A stretch of DNA of 24,094 nucleotides from an uncultured virus (IMG/VR IMGVR_UViG_3300032214_001084) (Duplodnaviria > Heunggongvirae > Uroviricota > Caudoviricetes), in IMG/VR virus record IMGVR_UViG_3300032214_001084. The stretch is one strand, 5' to 3'. Made by a program: the position numbers and the translations under genes. The notes beneath the pieces are model-generated. The model made no database searches. It was not told where the DNA came from and was given only the letters and a program-made list of their open reading frames with translations. Within the stretch, counting starts at the first letter, position 1, and every line of letters begins with the position of its first letter. Below, in pieces: positions 8,197 to 13,893 of the stretch.

Positions 8197-8382
8197 TCAC
8201 TTAAACATTGCGTTCCAAAGTGCGTTAACGATGTGATCACGCACATCCTCTCGCTGTGTGTCACGAACAGTCAGCCGGCAAGTTTCAGCAAACTGATTGT
8301 TCTTGCTGTGCAAAACTACAACCTGCGTGGGCGACAGCTTCATCACGCAAGTTTCAAAGGAAAGGCGTTGCAGTTCAGTCAT
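8197..8382 (-). CDS. hypothetical protein
   Basis: 61 aa, ATCATG start. Confidence 0.65.
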   Translation of the reverse strand: MTELQRLSFETCVMKLSPTQVVVLHSKNNQFAETCRLTVRDTQREDVRDHIVNALWNAMFK

Positions 8383-8410
8383 GATCAGATTGCGATGGCG
8401 TTAGATAGTT

Positions 8411-8653
8411 TCAGACGTAAGTAAGAAGCTTACCGATAGGCATCTTTGAGAAGGCAGACTTAGCCTCCATAACTGTTAGGAACTCACCTACAGTTTCATT
8501 GACAATCTTGCTGCCAACAGATCTGTACACTGTGAGCTTGTACTTATCATCGAGGTTGACATTCTTAGCGATGTAACCGAGAGGAACTGTGCCAACTTTG
8601 ATAGAGAGCCAGTAGATAGTGGGCACGTCATTCCACAGTTCGAAGCTAATCAT
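8411..8653 (-). CDS. hypothetical protein
   Basis: 80 aa, long ATCAC/ATC-repeat leader. Confidence 0.7.
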   Translation of the reverse strand: MISFELWNDVPTIYWLSIKVGTVPLGYIAKNVNLDDKYKLTVYRSVGSKIVNETVGEFLTVMEAKSAFSKMPIGKLLTYV

Positions 8654-8692
8654 GATGATGATGTGATTGTGATGGGATTGTGTTAGTTAAGC

Positions 8693-8998
8693 TCAGCAGT
8701 AGTAACGGCCAACGATGACATCATCGCCGCACAGTTTGACTAACATTCCGCTGAAGTAGGTGTCGCTGCTGATACCGTGCCAACCCTTAAACATACCGTC
8801 AGGGTTAGTGTTAGTCAGGAAGTCGGCGAGATTGTGATACTCACCGCGATACTTAAAGAATGAACAATTAGAGTCAAACTCTTCATCGCTCATCCAATCA
8901 AACTGTTTGCGGAGTTTGGCACGCTCAGCGCCAGAGAATTCGCAAGTGAACAACAGCCGGCGTGGCTGATTGTTGGTCTTAATTGTCAATTCAGTCAT
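8693..8998 (-). CDS. conserved phage hypothetical protein (first gene of leftward array)
   Basis: IKTNNQPR.L...FFKYRG..Y.L.DF...W.G..SD.YFSG.LVK...VIVGRY pattern of phage early genes. Confidence 0.8.
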   Translation of the reverse strand: MTELTIKTNNQPRRLLFTCEFSGAERAKLRKQFDWMSDEEFDSNCSFFKYRGEYHNLADFLTNTNPDGMFKGWHGISSDTYFSGMLVKLCGDDVIVGRYYC

Positions 8999-9091
8999 GA
9001 TGATTGTTCACCTGTTAATTGATGTGAATTGTGAGGGTAGAGACCCTCAGAGAATCACGCTAAGCTAGCGGGACTCTATGAGAGATTCTAG

Positions 9092-9574
9092 GTGAAGGCC
9101 AAGCCAATCCCTGCCACTATAGGGAATAAGTTTACAGTGTGTGAGCACTGTGAATCGGGCTTATGGGATAAGGCTAAAGGTAAACCAGCTGGCGTCTTAA
9201 ATAAAGATGGTTACTGGCATGTGTGCTACGAGAGCAAGAGATACCCAGCACACAGAATCGTGTGGTTCCTAGTTAATAACAAGGATCCGGGAGAGTTAGA
9301 AGTAGATCACATAGATAGAGATAAGAGTAATAACAAGATTAGTAATCTTAGAGCGATTACATCAGCTAAAAATAAAGCGAATCGTAACCTTAATAAGTTA
9401 CGCGAAAAGAGTAAGAAAGATCCGTTTAAGATATATAAAAGAAAGAGAGCGAAAGGGTATAAGTATCAAGTCGTTAGGTACATAGACCGAAGACAGATTT
9501 ACTTAGGCACTTTCGACACATTTGAAGAAGCTAATAACTACCAGAACTCTCTAAAACGAGCTGATCATAACTGA
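9092..9574 (+). CDS. HNH homing endonuclease (HNH_3-type with AP2-like C-terminal DNA-binding domain)
   Basis: AHRIVW...EVDHIDRDKSNNKISNLR...N..N; C-terminal YLGTFDTFEEA; AT-rich. Confidence 0.9.
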   Translation: MKAKPIPATIGNKFTVCEHCESGLWDKAKGKPAGVLNKDGYWHVCYESKRYPAHRIVWFLVNNKDPGELEVDHIDRDKSNNKISNLRAITSAKNKANRNLNKLREKSKKDPFKIYKRKRAKGYKYQVVRYIDRRQIYLGTFDTFEEANNYQNSLKRADHN

Positions 9575-10290
9575 TCACGTTTGAAGAGAACCCACACCCA
9601 AATAGAGACCAGGTACGGAATACCTGGCCCCTACAGGATGCAATTCTGGGAAACTGACCCGAAATTAAAGTCAGTTAGGGTGCGCATATAACGCACAAAG
9701 GTTATTAAATTGTGCCCGCAGGATGATGACCGTAGAAGATAACTTCTACAGGCTCTGTCCAGCGTACCTGCATTAAGGACAGATACTCTGGACAGAACAA
9801 TTCTGCGGATTGGAAAGATAAAAAGTGCCCGAGCTTGGTAGGACGGGCTATTGCGTCAGTCAGCACAAACGTATAAAGGTCGCAGCGATACATACATCCG
9901 GGATCTGAGTCTCACTGGGATGCAGCGTGAACGGCGAGCACTATAGTTTGAGCATCTTAACTAACGACAACCTGCCAAAGATAAATACTTTGAGCATGGG
10001 ACCAAGGGCCTCTCGGGCAAGCTACTAGCTCCGGGCCTCCCTTAACGTGACACGCAGGCCATCGTCGGGTGAGCGGGAGATTCTAGTAGGGGCAGGAAGG
10101 GCTTAGGCTCGCGAGAGCTTGTGGGCACACTTCGCCTCTGGCTACTAGCCTCTGAGGGTATCGGTCCCCGTACGCCTAACTGCCAGCCACTACTACCACG
10201 TGCGATCCCTGATGGATCCGCTCTCGCCGTGATGGGCGTCAGTCTTGACGGACGGAAGTCCTATGTCGTCGGACCTCTCGGCCCGTTGCT
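9541..10290 (-). ncRNA. candidate large (~750 nt) structured non-coding RNA / 5' leader
   Basis: No credible ORF; many 7-13 bp helices whose G-U pairs mostly work on the minus strand; GAGA tetraloop; 8-bp long-range helix 9931-9938/10223-10230; promoter just upstream. Confidence 0.6.
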
Positions 10291-10293
10291 GGA

Positions 10294-10353
10294 ATCCTAC
10301 AGCAGGGTACGCAGCTTGTCGGATCAGTAGGGTGACGGTTTGAAGATTGGCAC
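10294..10353 (-). promoter_or_regulatory. leftward promoter P2 (CCGACA-N17-TAGGAT) with upstream GTGMC-N12-GGCAC palindrome
   Basis: -10 at 10294-10299, -35 at 10317-10322, palindrome at 10332-10353, 32 nt from the -10. Confidence 0.6.
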
Positions 10354-10433
10354 AGAGGGGAGCGCATAGGCTCGCAGGCTCTGGCCGATCGACCGCCGGC
10401 TGATCCGGATGGGCGACGCGTGGCGCTGTTGGA

Positions 10434-10466
10434 TTTTCCAGGTTCCGCCTTGCGGGGCTGAGCCCC
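10434..10466 (-). promoter_or_regulatory. boxB/boxA-like antitermination element
   Basis: Minus strand: GC hairpins (GGGGCT-C-AGCCCC / CCGC-AAG-GCGG) then GAACCTGGAAAA, one mismatch from cyanobacterial rrn boxA GAACCTTGAAAA. Confidence 0.5.
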
Positions 10467-10480
10467 ATCGGCTTGACGCC

Positions 10481-10540
10481 AGTATGGCCACACGATCGAC
10501 CCTAGCGATACCGACCTTGTGCCGCTATGTCGATTGGCAC
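10481..10540 (-). promoter_or_regulatory. leftward promoter P1 (-10 CATACT) with upstream GTGCC-N12-GGCAC palindrome
   Basis: -10 at 10481-10486, palindrome at 10519-10540, same 32-nt spacing as P2; -35 is weak. Confidence 0.55.
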
Positions 10541-10580
10541 ACTAGGTGAGCCCAGTGAGCTCAGTGATCAGGGAGAGGAG

Positions 10581-10712
10581 ACGCGCGACGCGCACACCCA
10601 CGCGTAGAAAACGCGCACCCCCGCGCACATGCGCATCATGCGCACGCACACACGCACGCACATACACGCGCACGCACACACGCACACACGCACGCGCATA
10701 CGCGCACGCGCG
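10581..10712. repeat. alternating purine/pyrimidine (CA/CG) tract
   Basis: 76 uninterrupted YR-alternating bases at 10637-10712, with shorter runs from 10581. Confidence 0.9.
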
Positions 10713-10862
10713 AGGTTTGTGTTACATAGTGGGCGCAATCTGCCCGCAATCCGGCCTTTTTTTTATATATACAGCTGCGGTGACGACGATGGCGAGAAGG
10801 GTATGTGTTTCGGCGGGGTAAATTGAGGTTTAAAGGTCGAGTACCAGTATACTGATAGCGCT

Positions 10863-10935
10863 GGGGGTCTAGCTATCTGGTGAAAGCGGTCGACTCATAA
10901 TCGATTTCAGGCGAGTTCGATCCTCGCGACCCTCA
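10863..10935 (+). tRNA. tRNA with CAT anticodon (Ile2-lysidine or elongator Met)
   Basis: GGGGGTC/GACCCTC acceptor, GTCGA-CTCATAA-TCGAT anticodon arm, GCGAG-TTCGATC-CTCGC T arm; no encoded CCA. Confidence 0.9.
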
Positions 10936-11015
10936 TTAAAAAAATTTTTCGCCGCGTGGACACTGTGTAAAACCTTTTTCCGCACTTAAGCTTGTATATA
11001 CGTTCGTGCAATCGA

Positions 11016-11333
11016 ATGCTTTCCCCGAATGTGCGGCAAAAAGTCGAATTTATTTGCCAGCGGATTGCTAAAGGAGAGGAAGTTCAGTTCAAAGAGATGG
11101 AATGGGTTCAAAAATGGGCCAAATCGAACCATTCTGTCGACGCTATGCTTAGAAAAGCACGTCGTGAAGCTATAAGTGGCGGTTTTGAGGAAGGAAGTCT
11201 CGATGACTTCATGCAAAAAATGGATTTGGGTGACCCTGATCCGTCAAATCACCTGCAAGGTGCCCAAGATCCATTGACTTTGGCCGAGTGGTTTTCCGAA
11301 AAGCGGAAATGGTTTAGAGGGACAGCCGAGTAA
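11016..11333 (+). CDS. conserved cyanophage hypothetical protein
   Basis: MLS...IC.RIA.GEEV...EM.W..K.AK...DDFM..MDLGDPDPSNH pattern recalled from cyanophages; ATG at 11016. Confidence 0.85.
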   Translation: MLSPNVRQKVEFICQRIAKGEEVQFKEMEWVQKWAKSNHSVDAMLRKARREAISGGFEEGSLDDFMQKMDLGDPDPSNHLQGAQDPLTLAEWFSEKRKWFRGTAE

Positions 11334-11401
11334 TCTGCTACGGAATGCCTTATTTTTTATAGGCTTACCTTAGACTTTTAAAACACATCAGAATCACAGC
11401 T

Positions 11402-11884
11402 GTGAGGCCAAGGCAAAACCTAGTCCAGGCGCTCGAATTCAATCGTCACGCTCAAACTCTTGTCAGTTTGACTGAAACTGAGCGTGTAACTTCTGAAGAT
11501 ATCTTCTTAGTACTTGATCTAAACGAATTTCAGGCTGTATCACAACCAAAACGCATCAGTTTGAATAACTTAAAAGCCTCCCTCGGCTCTTTACCAGTTA
11601 CTTACTCAACCACTTTTGTAGATTCATCAAGTTATAACGTCACGGATACTGATTACTACATTGGAGTTAATTACTCCGGTGTCGTTACCGTGGTCATGCC
11701 GCCCGCTCCCGCCACGGGGCGTGTAATCATGGTAAAAGATGAAAGTGGAAACGCAGGTTCTGGAGTCAACAGAAACATACGTATCTCAGGGTCCGCACAA
11801 ATAGATGGAGAGGATGAAGCTATTATTAGTTATGACGATGGGTCTTTGACTCTTATTTATCGCGACGGTTGGAGAATCATCTAA
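11402..11884 (+). CDS. probable virion structural / tail-fibre-associated protein
   Basis: DYYIGVNYSG.VTV..P....GR...VKDESG...I.G beta-repeat typical of cyanophage fibre proteins. Confidence 0.65.
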   Translation: MRPRQNLVQALEFNRHAQTLVSLTETERVTSEDIFLVLDLNEFQAVSQPKRISLNNLKASLGSLPVTYSTTFVDSSSYNVTDTDYYIGVNYSGVVTVVMPPAPATGRVIMVKDESGNAGSGVNRNIRISGSAQIDGEDEAIISYDDGSLTLIYRDGWRII

Positions 11885-13098
11885 TGTCTCATTTATTTAA
11901 ACAATCTCGTGATACTTGGACCAGTAAAGATCAGCAGAAAGTTGTCGATCAAGATGTTGTTTTTTTCAACACCTTTCAATACGGTTTAGAAACTGATGTC
12001 TGGGATCAGTCGACTTCTACTGGTGGAGCTGCTGCACACGATCCTGATAACAGCGGCGTCGTACTAACAGTTACTAATGCTCTTGGCTCTCAGGTTATCC
12101 GCCAAACTCGGAATGTTATTCGTTACGTTCCTGGTAGATCGGCTAGTGTAAGTTTTTCAGTTCGGTTTGGTTCTCCTGTAACTGGTATTAGGCGACGTAT
12201 AGGTCTATTTAACGGCGCAGATGGGTTTTATTTTGAAGATGGTGGGGATGGTGATTACTATTGTTGCGTCATCAATTCATCCGGGGAGGGAGGATTACCT
12301 ACCTTAGAGCGTATTCCACGCTCGCAGTGGAATGGAGATAAGTTAGATGGTACTGGTCCTAGTGGTATTACAGCTGATCCAACAGCGCAACAGCTGGTTA
12401 ACTTTGAGTATGAGTGGTACGGATCAGGATCTGTTCAATTTGGTTTCATAATCGAGGGTGAGCTTCGGGTCATTCACACTATCAACAGTGCCAACAGACT
12501 AAAGACAGTGTGGTGCCGTACGCCTTTCGTCCCAATACGAATCGAGATAACTAATACGACTGGAGGTCAGTCGGGTAGTAACACTCTCTATCAAGGTTCT
12601 AATTCTGTTGCGCTTGACGGTTCCCTGACCCAAAAACTTGGAATCTCGCAAAGCGCACAAACAGCTACAACAGGCATTTCTTTATTGGATCCTGGCGTTT
12701 ATTACCCCTTGTTGTCGATTAGGTTAAAAAGTACAGCATTGCAAGCAATTGTATTACCTACGTTTTTTCAGGTAGCTACTACAGATAATACTAATATATT
12801 CTATAAAGTTGTACGTAATGCAACTCTTAATGGTACTTGGGTTGATGTACCAGACTCTAATTCTTTTACACAGTATAATATTACTTCGACTGGCGCGGTA
12901 ACAACCGGCGTGGTAATTGACTCAGGTTTTGTTATTCAAGGAGGAGGGGGTACTGGAGTTCGTATAGATAAAGACGTTGTATATCAAATGGGACGTTCCA
13001 GTATGGGCACTGTTAGCGATACTCTTACGATTGCAGCAGCTACTAACGGCAGCAATAAAAGTGGCATAGCCTCCTTAACTTGGATTGAGCAGCGGTAG
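11884..13098 (+). CDS. probable virion structural protein (beta-sandwich)
   Basis: TAATG coupling; RQT....YVPG...RIGLF...DGFYFE...WNGDKLDG.G.SG...YEWYG.G...PLLSIRL...W.E pattern of cyanophage structural proteins. Confidence 0.75.
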   Translation: MSHLFKQSRDTWTSKDQQKVVDQDVVFFNTFQYGLETDVWDQSTSTGGAAAHDPDNSGVVLTVTNALGSQVIRQTRNVIRYVPGRSASVSFSVRFGSPVTGIRRRIGLFNGADGFYFEDGGDGDYYCCVINSSGEGGLPTLERIPRSQWNGDKLDGTGPSGITADPTAQQLVNFEYEWYGSGSVQFGFIIEGELRVIHTINSANRLKTVWCRTPFVPIRIEITNTTGGQSGSNTLYQGSNSVALDGSLTQKLGISQSAQTATTGISLLDPGVYYPLLSIRLKSTALQAIVLPTFFQVATTDNTNIFYKVVRNATLNGTWVDVPDSNSFTQYNITSTGAVTTGVVIDSGFVIQGGGGTGVRIDKDVVYQMGRSSMGTVSDTLTIAAATNGSNKSGIASLTWIEQR

Positions 13099-13112
13099 TT
13101 TATCTAACGCTT

Positions 13113-13304
13113 TTATTCTTGCTCTAGCTCGATAATCAAATTTTTTACGTAAATTACGTACTCTCTAAGTAGATGTGCAGCTACAAGATGTTTATAGTTG
13201 TTTGTTTTTATATAATGTTCGTTATGCCTATCTATCGAATCAAGTGAAGCCTTGATCATCCCATTCCACGGCTGACGCGTGGGGGTGTTCCACTCCCGTG
13301 CCAC
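13113..13304 (-). CDS. conserved cyanophage hypothetical protein
   Basis: MAREWNTP.R.PWN..I...L..IDRHN...LREYV..K. Confidence 0.75.
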   Translation of the reverse strand: MAREWNTPTRQPWNGMIKASLDSIDRHNEHYIKTNNYKHLVAAHLLREYVIYVKNLIIELEQE

Positions 13305-13388
13305 GGGGAGAAAGCAAAGTACAAGAAAATTCTAGGTCTTAGGTGTTGGTTTTACATCTAACTATGTGTTTTGTATAGCAGTAATACA

Positions 13389-13415
13389 GTATCAATCGCT
13401 ACCGTTTCCTATACT
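13389..13415 (+). promoter_or_regulatory. NtcA box (GTA-N8-TAC) overlapping the -35 region of a TATACT promoter
   Basis: GTA TCAATCGC TAC at 13389-13402; TATACT at 13410-13415; ATG at 13438. Confidence 0.6.
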
Positions 13416-13437
13416 TTAGATAGTTACAGATACTCTC

Positions 13438-13599
13438 ATGACTGTTTTAACGTATCGCGGCAAACAGTATGACACTGTTCAGCACCAAAAAGAGGTGCAC
13501 GAGTGGCAGAAACTGACCCGTGAGGCAGGCCATCGGTGTGTTTATCGCGGCGTGGAGATCGATCCTCGTTATGCCCACGAGAGTCTTGTGATAGATTGA
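13438..13599 (+). CDS. DUF4278-like small protein, 53 aa (not in ORF track)
   Basis: MTVLTYRGKQY...CVYRGVE: double YRG motif. Confidence 0.8.
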   Translation: MTVLTYRGKQYDTVQHQKEVHEWQKLTREAGHRCVYRGVEIDPRYAHESLVID

Positions 13600-13667
13600 G
13601 GGCGTTCCCGCTCTGTTTCGGCATCGGGCTCCGGTTCAGGAGGCGTCCGATAACGTCTCCCCTCAAT
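13595..13667 (+). other. three-way-junction RNA structure
   Basis: ATTGAGG/CCTCAAT, CCCG..TGT-TTCG-GCA..CGGG, GGAGGCGT/ACGTCTCC. Confidence 0.45.
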
Positions 13668-13679
13668 AACAGGCGCCTT

Positions 13680-13754
13680 TCGTGAGTAGTTCAGAAGGCA
13701 AGAACGCTAGGCAAACAGCCTAGAGACGGAAGGTTCGATGCCTTCCCTCGCGAT
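13680..13754 (+). tRNA. atypical tRNA-like RNA (nominal anticodon AAC)
   Basis: TCGTGAG/CTCGCGA acceptor, GTTC/GAAC D stem, CTAGG-CAAACAG-CCTAG, GGAAGG-TTCGATG-CCTTCC. Confidence 0.7.
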
Positions 13755-13781
13755 TGACAGTTTCATTTACCGCGTTAAACT
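13754..13781 (+). promoter_or_regulatory. sigma70-type promoter TTGACA-N16-TAAACT
   Basis: -35 at 13754-13759, -10 at 13776-13781. Confidence 0.65.
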
Positions 13782-13786
13782 TGATC

Positions 13787-13842
13787 TGTTCCGTCTTGGG
13801 ACGTTGGACAAGGGGACCAGGGGGCCAATAGGCCCTTTTTTA
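13787..13842 (+). ncRNA. candidate ~55-nt small RNA
   Basis: Own promoter, 5' hairpin TGTTC-CGTC-TTGG-GACG-TT-GGACA, intrinsic terminator, no ORF. Confidence 0.55.
13819..13842 (+). terminator. intrinsic terminator
   Basis: GGGCC-AATA-GGCCC followed by a T6 run. Confidence 0.75.
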
Positions 13843-13893
13843 TTGCGCTTATGTACGGCTTATAATTAAAACCAGGGCATAATTCAGCTAAAA

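Noticed and set aside
9092..9574. IscB/HEARO-type RNA-guided nuclease
   Set aside because: The 160-aa protein has no RuvC or PLMP motifs; it is an ordinary phage HNH/AP2-type enzyme.
9000..10290. Group I or group II intron carrying the HNH gene
   Set aside because: No interrupted gene on either side, no recognisable P7 or domain V motifs, and the ORF is antisense to the structured strand.
9705..10826. Track ORFs 9705-9893, 10121-10330, 10193-10468, 10239-10493, 10546-10821 and 10629-10826
   Set aside because: Mutually overlapping, with no recognisable motifs; the last two are translations of the CA/CG tract (THAR/RTH repeats). Better explained as structured RNA and regulatory DNA.
13416..13437. 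Glutamine riboswitch upstream of the DUF4278-like gene
   Set aside because: Only ~20 nt between the -10 and the ATG, and no glnA or Downstream-peptide core.
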